Source: the human T2T-CHM13v2.0 reference genome, Homo sapiens
DNA length: 64,000 bases
Assembly: GCF_009914755.1 (NCBI RefSeq)
Contig: NC_060936.1
Strand: one strand, 5' to 3'
This document shows positions 44,335-59,184 of the stretch, piece after piece. The first letter of the stretch is position 1; each line of letters starts with the position of its first letter. A model generated the notes under the pieces. That model was not told the origin of the DNA. It saw only the letters and a list, made by a program, of their open reading frames with translations, and ran no database searches. The translations under genes and the position numbers were made by a program.

Positions 44335-47300
44335 TTCTAGTGTTTATATATGGCAGAAGTGGTGGGGATAGATGGACAAGTAAAGAGGTAATGTACCCCT
44401 GTAAGATAAGTTTTTCAAAAGGGTACTATAGAAGGAGAGTTCCTAACCCATACTTGGAGATTGAGAAAAGAACTGAGAGCTAAAAAAAGTGACAAGTACG
44501 CTTAGAGCTAAAGGATAAAAAGGAGTTAAGAGGGAAAGGAAGATCATTCTTGGCAGAGACAGTAGCATGTGCAAAGCCAGGCAATGAAAGAAAAACATGC
44601 AGTTCTCTATTGCAAAAAGAGGAAGCGGTGAAAGATAAGGCAGGAAAATCAGTTTGGGCCAGGTCATTAAGGATCCTAAATATGAAAACCATATTAAGGA
44701 TTTTAGAAATGCCCTATAATCTCTCCCATAGGTAACTGAGAACCTTTGAAGGATTTTAAGCAGAGTAGTGCTAAAGCAAATGTGTGCTCTAGAAAGATCA
44801 CTCTGGCTGTAGGATAGTTAACATTTACTGGGCATTTATTCTATGCCAGGTCTGTGCTAAACGCTCTTTGCATTTGGAAATATCTATTGAGTAGCTGGAC
44901 AGCACTGGGAACCAGGTAGAAAGAGGTGAAACATGGAGAACAGATATGGATCTATGAGAACCAGGGATCTCCCTAAGGGATGAAAAGGTGTAGAGCACCA
45001 CCCTTATTTGGAGGCATGAGGAGAAGTAGAAGAACAGGGGTGATTGCAAAGGGGAGTATACTGTCATGGAACACAAACGGGGAGTAAATAACAAGGAGGA
45101 GTGGATAGTGAAAATCAGATATTGTAAAGAGAGCTAAGAGAAGAAAAGTGGAAGAACAAGCAGGGGGCAGGGAACTGGTAAGAAGCAGATCAGAGCTGAC
45201 TTAAAAGAGAGCAATTTCAGCAGAAAAGTTGAGAAACAAGCTGGATTATAGGGTTAAGGAAGTGGTTGGAAGTGAGAAAATGGAGGTCACTGCCACTGAA
45301 CACTTGTTTGAGAGATTTGTCTTTTTAAAGAAGAGTAGAAATATGACTGTGGCTGGATTTCTTAAAATTAGGCTGTAATTCAGCAGCTTTGGTAACTTTT
45401 CTGATTCATGAGGTAAATTTCTCATCTCAAATATCTGGTCATTTGAAGTAATACTGGAGATCAAATTACGCAAATATGCTGCATGACTAAATTAAAGGCC
45501 TATTCATGTGAGCATTAGTTAGTAATGGGAGTTGTATTATATACTGCATTATTAGAAAATGGGGCAGCATATTTTAATGCTTAAAAATTTAATCAGAGCA
45601 ACTTCCAGAAGGAGGAAAAGGCTCCTTTTTAACACAAGATTTGAATCATGGCAATTTTTTTTTTTTTCTGAAAGCCATTCTTCTAAGATGGTCATCCCTG
45701 CACATGCCCTCATTTCTGACTTTCTGCTGCACAAGCAATCAGTATTCGTGCAAGGCTAATGGGATATACAAGAACAATTAGTAGCTCTGCCAGCGCCAAT
45801 ATTGTACTTGCCTCTTTAAAGAGCTCAAAATATTAAATAACAATTGGAAAGAACATTTCTTCTAGACTACTCATTAGATTGATTTTACAGATGAGTAAAC
45901 TGAATCATAGAGAAACAAGATAGTGGAAATGAGAAGTCTTACTTTGGTTCTATCTCACACCACTGTAAGGCTGTGCCTATTATATCTGTAATTAAGCTGT
46001 TGTCCAGATAAACAATAATTCCTGCTTGGCTTTGACTTTTAGATACCAACAGATATTTAAATGCCGGCAGTTGAAAAGGTTATTTTTTTTTCTTTCAAAA
46101 GTGGGTTTGTAACTATTGGCTTAAATTATTTTAGAAAACTATAGCTGTACTTTCAACATAAGGCCACCCACTCAACTCTGAGCCTAGACTGTTTGAGAAA
46201 TAAGAAGGTATAGGAAATTTGGCAGGTATTTTTCTCTTGTATCTTTAAATCTCAGTAAGTTCACAAAATTTTCCTAACCAATATTGGAACAAGAAATTAT
46301 CACGGGGGGAGGGGGGTGACTAATCTCACCTTTTAAGGACAATTAATTTTTCTACTTCACAAGTTTAACTTCTTATTTGGATCACAATATGCTACTAAGA
46401 TACTTAAAAGGTCATTTTTTCAGGCCAACTGCAAATGATGTTTTCATTATAGAAAAGTTATGTAAAAGTGGAAAAGAGATGTAAGTCCATTAACGTGTAA
46501 AATGCACCATAGCAATGGGAAAAAAGTTTTAATGAAATACGTATGAGCTCTATCATGCGCAAATGTTTTGTTGAAATGGATGACTCCAAGAGCTCTGTGG
46601 TTCCACTTCAGTGTCTAATAGGCACTACTCACTTTAACCTTCAGCAAGCCCTTTATGAATGCTATCCACCCAAGTGTATGAAAATGCCAATTCATGTAGG
46701 GCTATCAGTATTATTGTTATTTCTTATTCTGTAAAGGCTGCATTTTGAACATTTTAATAAGGGTCAAAGCATTCCAAGTCAATCTAGATGGCAATTGTTA
46801 GAAATGCAGGAGGTGCTTTAAAAAATGAGTTGGTAATAATTTCATTCTTCTCCCATTTTGATTAGTTTATAAATATAACTGTCAGCTAGTTATCATGGTG
46901 AGGTTATTGGTCAGTCCTCCTCCAAGTAATATAAACTCCTTAATACAGTCTTCAGACTATGAATCTACCATAACATTGCCAGTGTTTTGATATCATCAGT
47001 ATCTTCATCTTCCTTTATTTCAAGCTATGATAGATTTTACCTCTTCTATTATCTACTGTAATTTGCTGCTGACACACCAATTGCTAGTAAATACATATGT
47101 TGAGCGATGGTGATTATGTGAAGAATGAGGGGCAAGATCCCTGTGGTGTAGTGTGTGTGCACCCATGTGTGCATGAAGAAACGTGTGTATGTGTGATGTG
47201 CATGCAAATAATATAGGTCTGAGGGAAATACTGTACTCCCCTTGAAGGTAAGGGTCATGTCTTATTCACTGTTACATCCCTAGTACTTAACACTGTCTCT

Positions 47301-48438
47301 GGCACAGAAATGATATCTAAGGAGTGCTTGCTGCATGAATGAGTGAAGGGTACTAATGGTCCATGTTCCCATTGGCAAAATAAGGCTTCCAGTTTAAAAA
47401 TGAGACTGGAGGTCCACCTACAACAATCTGTTGTGCTTTCAGTTTTTACAGGCTGATTTCTACGCACACAGCATTATGCTGGGACTTGTGAGGAAAGCAA
47501 GGAAACTGAATACACAGAACTTGGACTTGAGAAGCTTTCAGTCTAATTGGGGAGACAAGATACATACAAGTGAAAACTTAACTCCTAATTCTAGAGAGAG
47601 AATCATGGCATGCCAAATGTATTTTTTTCATGTCAAATGTAACCACTGCGTGAGTTCAGGAGAAAAGAGCCTGTTCTGTACTGCAGCCATTAAAGAAAGC
47701 TACCTAAACTAGGCAAGAATTGAGTTATACCTTTGAGGATAAAAGACAGCAGGGAAGGAAAGGAAATGTCTGTCCAGGAGGAGCGGGTAGAGAATACAGA
47801 TGAGCAAAGTTATTAAGATAAGAATAGATTCTTTGGGACTTAAAATTTAGGAAGCAGTCATTAGACTTTGAAAAATAAATATGATGGTAGAGACAAATAT
47901 AACAAGGAAATAAATAAGCATGCACATTTTGTATAGTAATCACTTCATACCTAAACTCCTTGGTGAAAAAAAATGTCGAAACTTAGACACATTCTCTATG
48001 TTGCAAACTCAGGGGAAGTGAGTGAAATGTCAGAAGGCATGGCAGCATTCCCAGAGGTTAGTGAGTATCAGGTAGGCTTTGCCAAGCAGGAGGGAGGTGA
48101 TGATATTTGACTTCTGAGGGGATAAACAGGTAAGGTGGGATCTGGGCAGATTTTCAGACAAAAGATTCTGTTGTGAAGGGGCTTCTGGTTTTAACATAGA
48201 TGTGACTCTCCTTAAGTCTTAGGTGACCTGATGTACTTCTGAAACTATTCATTGATTGTACAAATTTCTATTTATTTTACATTTTTAAGGGCACAGAAGG
48301 ATCTAAACTATGTGCACAACTATTCTACAAACCAAACTGAAAATCAAAATGAAATACACAAAGGAAAAGTTGTTTGAAATTTTGTCTTTAAGATACAGGG
48401 AAAAAATCACACATCAGTAAAATCAAGGATAAATATCA

Positions 48439-48813
<375 letters not shown>

Positions 48814-49183
48814 CTAACCATATCTAGACATTGGTGAAAATAGTCCTTATTAAAGATAATAATAGCTATGGAGATAAATCATCCAAGTGTTGCATTTATG
48901 TGTGAGAGTATGTATGTAGAACAGATTTAGCAAATAATTTTTAAAGCTTTCAATAAATACTTTAAGTGACTTATATGGACACTTTAAATGCACATTCATT
49001 AATGGATTCTTGATTGAATAAAAAATTAACTCCTGAAAATATTTCCTAAATAAAGTACATCTATGCATGGATGCACTATGATGTTTCAACCAACATTAAT
49101 TATACCCTTTTGATTTCTACTGTCTTGTTCAAAAACACTAATAAGACATGCACTACATCATAGTTAATAGGAGTGTGGTGCTT

Positions 49184-49197
49184 GTTGCTTAGGCAAC
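49184..49197. promoter_or_regulatory. RFX X-box-like GTTGCTTAGGCAAC
   Basis: GTTGC...GCAAC inverted half-sites with 14-bp X-box geometry. Confidence 0.5.
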
Positions 49198-51277
49198 AGG
49201 AGGAATAAATGCAGGTCAGAATGTGCTTCAAGAAAAACAAAAGCTAGAATATGATACTGAGTGGAGACTAAGCAAGTCTAACAGATTTTTCACCACATTA
49301 AAGAAATATGTTTCTTAGAGCAAGCCAATCATATTCATGTGTTTAACTAAGTTTGCAATTACATAAATTAGATTATGTAGATCAATAAATAATTTTTATA
49401 AAGGTAGAAATTAATCGCTTATGATACTAGTAGCAAATAAATGGTGTATAACAGCATGTAAAGCACTAATTGATTATACCACTTCATGATTTGCTTCATT
49501 TTCATAATTAATTAACTCCTCTAAATGGCAATTCAAAGTTTTTTTAAAAGATAATTCTGTCTCATGAAGAAAGTATTTGATTGGCCCATCTAAGTTAATA
49601 ATATTTTCTTATTTTCTAGAAAATTATACCAAATACTTTGAATTAAACAAGTAAAGAATATAATCTATGATTAGACCTTGGTTACATCATGTATATCCAG
49701 GATTTTGCCTTCCATATAAATTTTGAAGTGCTTATACATGATTCATTCATGAATAATTTTTACGATCTCTCTTTGAATGCTTATTTGAAACCTGTTTGAT
49801 TAACCTTTCAGTTCGAGGCTTTCAAAAAGGTATTATATTTGCTCATAAGTGTTTAACATTCAGAGGAAAAATAAGCTGAATTAAAGTCTTTCAGCTTGGC
49901 CAAATGATCCAGGAAATCCAAAGACCTAACTTCTCATGGGACCAGAATAAATTTGGACAAGGGTTTCAGGGTTGGGAATGAGAAACCCTTATTTCAAGTA
50001 GACATAGGGAGAAATAATTAAGATATTGAAATGTACAGTAAACATAAATAATAAAAAAAGACTTCAATTCTGTTTGATAGTTCTTCTAATTCTTAATGCC
50101 ATCTGTTTAGTGTCCTAAGTCTGTCCTAAATCTGCCCAGTGTTCTAAGACTTTCATAGCAATTGAAGAACTTTCACTTTTTTCCATTTCAATACCCAAAT
50201 ATCTTGTCTATATAACCAGTGACAGTACTTGATAAACACAAGAAAAATAACAGTAGCTGCATATATCAGTATAAAAAAACCAACAAATCACTCATAAAGC
50301 ATTCTGTGCATGCAATTACTTAGAGCTCATATATCTTACTATATTTATGTCTTTTTTATTTTTAAAAACTCTTGGGCATACATACTTTTGGAGAAGGAGC
50401 AGAAGTTGAATAATGTTAATAATCTTCAAATCTATAATATTCAAGTCAACCTCAGAGAAAAATAATCTAAGATAGAAATTAAAAAATCTAATCAGCTGTC
50501 ACTATTGTGTTATCATTTCTGGTACTAGTAAGCTGCAGGTGTCAGCCCTATTACTGTATTTAGGCAGGGCTATTACTTATTTCCACAAGTCATTTGTGTG
50601 TTACATGCCTGTGTTATGTAGGTCTCTCTAAACTTAGGGATCAGTGATATGTGTGATGGGTACTTAAAAGCAAGGAAAGGTAATAGAGCTGTGACGTAGC
50701 TTAACAAGGGGAACTGATGAGCACTGGGGGAGGTATGGGAATGATTAGAAAGCTGAATTGTCGGTTTGCACAGTTCCCCATCCTCCTTCCTCACCTATAT
50801 GCAAAACGGTGGAAAGTTAGCACATGCCAGGTTTAGATTGCATGTAGACCAGAATTCAGAAGTACATGACTATACTTACTCCACCAACCTTTCTTTCTAA
50901 ATATTGACAGCTAAATGACCAAAGTGTTTATTTTCCACCTAAAGTAATAAACAATACTTCATCGCTCTTCAATCAGCAAGTGGAAGTAAACGCTCTCCAT
51001 AATTGACCATCTGAAGCAGTTTGCTAATGAACTGAAGGTTGTCCACATGATTTAAACTGCTTATTGAACAATTATCAGGAAAAGAAATGATCTTCACACC
51101 ATAAACACAACAAATTGTCTCATTAACCACTAAATGCTGATGCTCAAGTGAAATAATATAAGAATCAAGAATTAGCTGAAGAGTGATATAATCCGAGTAT
51201 TCTAAGATTACAAATTTATTTAAAAAATCATACCAAGAATGACAGGGAGAATATCAATATTAATCTTCTTTCACTGC

Positions 51278-51287
51278 CTATAAATAG
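51278..51287. promoter_or_regulatory. MEF2 consensus site CTATAAATAG
   Basis: Exact CTA(A/T)4TAG, ~240 bp into the intron after the first coding exon. Confidence 0.4.
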
Positions 51288-51527
51288 CACTCTCACCAGT
51301 TCATTCATATAACACATATGTATATGGATACATACAGATCTCATTTTTTAGCAAGAGTCTATATGTACACAGCAAGTTCAGTCCTAAGGGCATCCAATTT
51401 TCCAATGCAGTTACATATATAAATCTGACCAGTTTTGGTGCAAATCAGGCTGCCTCTGAGCCATGTAAGACACATAAGAAGCAAAGACAGACAAAAGGCA
51501 GCTCCGTGGACACAGAGAGCTTCTTAC

Positions 51528-51634
51528 CATAAACTGCACATTGTCAAATCCATTAGCCATCAGGTGGTTCTCGTACTGAGGTAGCCCAATGCTTTCCAAC
51601 CATTGTCCCACTGTTTGGACAGGGCATCTGGGTC
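51528..51634 (-). CDS. ANKS1B: Internal-exon form (107 nt) of the same exon, likely used by long ankyrin-repeat ANKS1B isoforms
   Basis: Minus strand reads cttccctcttcatcctcttacAG|GACCCAGATGC: polypyrimidine tract plus CAG, with AG at 51636-51635. 107 nt = 2 + 35 codons (phase 1 in, phase 0 out), starting just before the SAM domain. Confidence 0.85.
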
Positions 51635-51731
51635 CTGTAAGAGGATGAAGAGGGAAGCGTTTAAGCAGGGAGTAGCCGTCCACGGGGTAATAGCGGTAGT
51701 CCTGGGCTGAGAGGTGGCATTGCCACATCAT
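51528..51731 (-). CDS. ANKS1B: First coding exon of short ANKS1B/AIDA-1 isoforms (68 codons: unique N-terminus plus N-terminal half of SAM1)
   Basis: Translation MMWQCHLSAQDYRYYPVDGYSLLKRFPLHPLTGPRCPVQTVGQWLESIGLPQYENHLMANGFDNVQFM has the SAM helix pattern (V..WL..IGL..Y...L..NGFD) and matches my recollection of AIDA-1. It ends at a phase-0 donor ATG|GTAAGA (intron starts 51527). The ORF-track extension to 51411 is intron read-through. Confidence 0.95.
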
Positions 51732-52420
51732 GCCCCTGGGAAAGTTGCTATCAAAGGAGCCCGCCAGCTTGACAGATTAATGTTCTCAGCGAGAGAGCAA
51801 AGTCAGAAGTAAAACATAGTTTGCCAGGCAGGCTGTGGAGTATGACTTGATCCTAGCTCCACATTTCTTACATATTAATCTTTACTACCGACCAGTACGT
51901 CATACAGCCCCCAAAACCAGGCAGCAGAAGAAGGCATATCAAGCTGTCAGCTTGGGCTGGTCTGCGTTCTATGTGATTGTTGGAGTACTCCACAATGAGC
52001 AATGCACGGCCGGCAGCCAGAATTCTTTTTTATCAAGTACTCCTACACTCATCAGTATGCAGCTCCATGCTCCTTGCTCCCCCTCGCTCGCTCCCCTTCA
52101 TTACCCAGCCCAGGCTACACCTCGCATTTTCAATAATAGCCATCAGATAAGGCAGATTTTTTTTGTCTGCAAGCTGTAAGCCTGCTGCTGCTGCTTCCTC
52201 CTACACACCCATCCAAGCGTCAATCTTGAATGATGAGAGCAGTCAAAACAAATGCAGAAAATAGCAAGATTCAAAAGCAAACCAAAGTGCTTAAATCTGA
52301 ATTGAATCTTCATACTGGTTATACGTTACAGAGCTATTTGTTGTGGAATTTTACGTTTCAAAAGACACCAGGAAATGCGAAGCTTGAACTATAGCTTATA
52401 ACAGAGCTCACGACAGGTTC
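51732..52420 (-). promoter_or_regulatory. ANKS1B: Putative internal promoter / 5' leader of short ANKS1B isoforms
   Basis: Repeat-free and locally GC/CpG-enriched, immediately upstream of the ATGATG start. Contains half-CREs (51896-51902, 52218-52222), GTCGTGA on minus (52408-52414), a short (CAG)n at ~52182-52194, and uORFs. The TSS cannot be located from sequence alone. Confidence 0.65.
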
Positions 52421-54844
52421 CCTTTCTCCTTTTCCTTTCTTTCCTGTCTTTTCTTCTTCCTTTTTAAATGGAGCACAGATAAACGTTTCTGATCTGAAGC
52501 TTTGCAGTGTTTGGAGAATAATTATTCTGTTTCTTTACCATGCTATAGCAAAATAAGCCTCTCCGAGATATATATTTTTTTCTTTTTTGAAATACTGCAA
52601 AATACAGAAACTGCATCGCAATCTTGAAGTCAAGATAATTTATTTCTTGTTTGCATGGTTTCTTCCAAACAAAAGTATTATTAGGCACAAGAAATCCTTT
52701 TTCCCCTCTGATATTTATAACCCAATCTACCAGGGTTACCATTCTAAATTAGCTATAAAGGTAACATTAACTGGATAGATTTTTTTTTTAATAAAGAAGA
52801 TGAGCCCTAACCCAAAATAATTCAAGAATAACAGATGTAAATGTGTGAGTTTTACTGAATGGCAGATAGACTGAGTAATTTATTTAATAATTGGGAGAAA
52901 CCAGGGATTAAGAATAGAACCCACAGGACTAGATCATCAGAAGAAACAGACTCTTAAGATTGGGAGAGAACTAGCAGAAAGGTTAGTCTAACCTTCTTCC
53001 TAACGTAGGCATCCCTGGCTAAAATGTTCCTAGAGGAATATCTTCCAACTTCTACTTGAATACTGCCTGTAACAGAGCTCTTACTACTTCTCACGAAGCC
53101 TCAATTTATTAGAAAGATATTTCACTTCCTACCTTGCTTCTACTCACTGCTCCAGCTCTGCCTTCGGAGAAGCACAGATTGAGAACAGTGCCTCTTCCAC
53201 ATAAAGAGCTTTAAAATTTAAAGATAACTCTCTCATCCCCCCAGAGCAGCCGCCTGGCACATAGTAAGTGCCTAATACAAATTTATTGAATAAATGAAAC
53301 ATCGCTTTTCTTTTTTCCTCAAACCTCATCTTTCTCTGTTTCCTTTCTCTTTTTAAGGGCATTGTCAACTTTCCTGGCACACAGACATTAAACCTCAAAA
53401 CATCTTCTACTCCTCTTTCACTACTGAAATCAGTCCCCAAATTCTATCATCCCTCTTCCCAGTGTGATCCATTCCCTTGATTCTATTTCCTGTTTTAAGT
53501 TTACAGAACTGCCACCTACATTGATTTTGTTCTCATAGTTCAGGCCCACCTAGCCTAGTGAAACAACGACTTCTATATTGATCTTTCTACCTCTAATATT
53601 TAAAAAATCAATTTTATGCATGGTGTCAGAATAATCCCTTTAAGACACAGTTTTGATTACTACTCCCTGTCTCAAAACCCTTCTGTGGTTTTCTGTTGTC
53701 TTCAAAATCAACTCCCAACTCCTCTGATGACATTTTGGGGTCTTCATGATTGACTGCAGTTCATCTAACTTTATTTCCACTTTTCCACTGCCCCAGACAG
53801 GCAGGATTACTTGCTGGTCTCTAAAGGCAGCCCATAATGGGCTTTGGTTGGTTTTATTATGTCCCCACATTTCTGTCCATTTGTTGGCTTTGAATCAGTT
53901 GCTATTTCCATTATGAAACCTCTTCTAATCTTCTCTACCACGAATAAATCTCTTTCTTCTCTGTCTTAAATGGCATTTTTAGACCCTCTATTGTAACAGA
54001 TATTTTCTGCCTTCAATTTTAGTTGTTTGTGTCTGACTTATTTTTTGAAAGCAGGCAATATGCTTTGCTAATATTTCACATAGTAAAGATTCAGTACATA
54101 CCTGCTAAACAAAATAATGTAATTTCATGATCCAAAGTACAAAAAATTCTATTTTCAAATTTAAAAAAAGTTTTAACTCTATCCCAAGTCTCTAAATTAT
54201 TTATTTAAAATAAGATAACTTGTTTTTTAAACAGATTTTTTCATGTCTGTCTTTTAGCTCATCATCCTCATCCACTTTTTGAATAAGCAGCCCTGGGTGG
54301 ACTGCATAGTACTTGATTATATTTTGTTGCTGATTGGTCCTGGATCTTTTAATAACATCAAAGAGTTTGTAGTAGTTTATGAATCAATTTTAATAGATTC
54401 TAGTTGCTCAACATTACCTATAGGAGAAGCTAAAAACAAGATACTATTTGTCCCTGGCCAGCTCTAAAGCTGTTACAAGGTGGAAGAAAAGGAAAGTCTC
54501 AATTATAGCTTCTCCTAGGATCACAGCCACAGTGCTTCACCTGGTCATTTTGAATTATAAATAGTTGAATATACTACATGGAAATTGAGCAAACACGACA
54601 ATGACACTTTGGCTTGGCAAGGCACATGCTGATTGGCCAGCTCTTCAAACCTGTTTCATCTGTTAAAATGCAAACCAGGGGCCAAGTACCTGGCAGAGCA
54701 CGATACACATCCTGCTTATTAAATAAACTTTGTTAAATAAATGCCTGAGTAACTAAATGAATAAATGATATTGGAAATGCCTTTCTTGAGATTCTCATTT
54801 CTTAGTACAGAGAGAGGGAAAGAGGGAGAGGGAAGAAAAAATGT

Positions 54845-55060
54845 GTGTGTGCACAAAACATAGAGAGTGGACTAATAGACACTGGAGACTCAGAAAGGGG
54901 GAGGGTGGGAGAAGAGTGAGGGATGGGAGATTACATAATGGGTACAGTGTACACTATTTGGGTGGTGGGTACACTAAAAGCCCAGACCTCACCACTTTGG
55001 ATATATCCATGTAACAAATCTGCACTTGTACCTCTTAGAGCAATAAAAATAAATAAAATT
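54845..55060 (+). mobile_element. L1 3'UTR fragment (L1MA/L1PB-like)
   Basis: atagacactggagactcagaaagg...gtacactaaaagcccagac...aaataaaaataaa. Confidence 0.8.
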
Positions 55061-56457
55061 ATATATTACAAAAGACAGTATATTTGTGGTGGGGATTATT
55101 TCAAGGTTCAGACTGCTATATAAGAACACAACTCAGAGAAAATACTGGTTATGAACTACTTTACAAAATTTATATAGACTGCCTGAATTTTATTCTTTTA
55201 GGTATTCAATCCTTCAATTTTTATTCAATAATTTTTACATGTTGACAAAATGTTATAATATATGGAGGAAGTGAGCTGGGAGAGGATGGGGTGAGGAAGG
55301 TATAAAAGAGAGGGAAGAAGGAAAAAAAAGAAGACCCTGAGTCATGTTGTTTGTTTGCGGTTTTGTTGAAGTATTTTCTCATGAGTCAAATCTCTAAAAG
55401 AATCTTGGTTCAGGTCTGAAGATCACTCTGTAACAGTGCTTAAATATATTACTCTCTTTACCTAAAATACTTTTATGGAGTCTTAAAATTCTTAAAGCAT
55501 AACAACACACTAATTAGGCAGGAACTTTTATTCAACTAGAATGTCTTTAAGTTCCAAAAGTGAGACAAGAGGAGGGAAAGAAGAAACTGACCATTATTCT
55601 GGGCTACCATGTCCTAGGCAGTGTGGTGTGAATTATTATCCTGATTTACCGTAAGGAAACTGAAGCTCAGAGTATGTGGTGAAAACAGGAATTTTCTTTG
55701 TCATAGTCTTTTAAAAAATAATAATTCTAGGGGTTTTACTCCCATAATGGCAGTGTGAGGAGCTCCACAGGTCCAAGCCCCAGTCAAAAAACTTAACTTG
55801 AAAATTATAAACAAACAATCAAAAAACCCTACACAATCAGAAACCAAAAACAATGCCAACAAAAACCAACCATCAAAGTCTTTGCAAAGTGTCCTAAGAG
55901 CATATAATGTAAAAATGTTTATTCCAAAGACAGACACTAAAACTTGGTAAAAACAGATTCTGAGATTCTGTAGCACTTGAGCCATAGCTCCCTCTGGCCC
56001 CTCCTTCCCTGCAACTCATCTCCATAGATGCTCCACTTTGGATGGATGTGTCCAAGAGAAAGGGCTCCCCTTCTCCTCAAATCCCAACCAAGCGGCATGG
56101 GATCTCATCAAAAGGAGCAGGCCAGCATTTCCAATTTCCTCTAAATCTAAGCTGTAGAGGTTCAATTCCTGGTGAGTGTGGCTGAGAGGTCAGGGGCTCC
56201 TTTCTTCCACCCAGACCCCATTCATAGAATAGAAAGTTCATCCCAGCTGGGTCAGGCCAAAAATACTGGGATCTTCACTGCCCTCGACTGCTTACATATA
56301 GGGTAGAGGTTCCATGCCCAGAAAGGTAAACTAGGAAGACCAGAGGCTATCATTCTTGCCCCATGCCTGGAAGAGTGGCTCAACGATTTTGCTTAAAGGG
56401 AGAGTCAGTTTATAAGAACAAAAAGCTCTAAAGCTTTCCCCCAAGAGGTTGACTTAT

Positions 56458-58425
<1,968 letters not shown>

Positions 58426-58495
58426 GTGAAACTGAGGTTATTTGACACAGAGTGTGCGGAAGTTTAAGCCTAAACGTGTTATCAAAATCAATGGA

Positions 58496-58790
58496 GGTTA
58501 CACAGTGGCTCATTCCTGTAATCCCAGCAATTTGGGAGGCTGAGGTGAGAGGATCACTTGAGTTTGAGACCAGCTTGGGCAACATAGCAAGCCCTCTATC
58601 TCTACGAACAATTAAAAAGTAGCCAGAGATGATGGCATGTGCCTATCATCCCAGCTACTCGGGAGGCTGAGATGGGAGGACCCCAAGGCTGCAGTGAGCT
58701 ATGATTGCACCACTGCACTCCATCCTGGGTAACAGAGCAAGACCCTGTCTGTAAAAAAACAAACCAAACCAAAACAAAAAAATCCCCCCC
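58496..58790 (+). mobile_element. AluJ with small internal deletions
   Basis: ggcaacatagcaag, gtgagctatgattgcaccactg, agagcaagaccctgtct. Confidence 0.88.
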
Positions 58791-59184
58791 AAAACCCAGT
58801 GGAGATATTCTGGTGACAAACAATCAAAAAGTGGCTAATAGCTACAGTAGGGAAATAAGCTAAATGGTAGGTTAGCTAGTTTTAAAGAAACAGAGAAAGA
58901 CAGTTATGAAGAGCCCTGTTGAGGTCAAAAGAAACTTCAAATACTAGCTTCAAAAATTCCTCCTTCTCAAATTTAATTGGAGCAGACTCTGGAGCAATTT
59001 ATAGCTGACGGATTGTCAAAAACAATAGAGCAATCAGCAGGCAATTACTGGAGTCTAATATCTGGATGTGATATCAAATGAGATAGACAACAGAAAGATT
59101 AGGAAAAGAGACAAAGAGAGCCCTGCTATAACCACTGCCATCCCAAAACTGTGCAGATGGCCAAGGCTACACCCTTGAGAGGAT

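Noticed and set aside
51411-51527. C-terminal 38 aa of the 106-aa ORF (VRSSLCPRS...)
   Set aside because: It follows a consensus GTAAGA donor and SAM similarity stops there; this is intron read-through.
51835-51862. C-bulged hairpin as an iron-responsive element
   Set aside because: The loop lacks CAGUGN and the upper stem has a mismatch.
51835-52179. 114-aa plus-strand ORF antisense to the leader
   Set aside because: GTG start, no recognisable domain; explained by locally higher GC.
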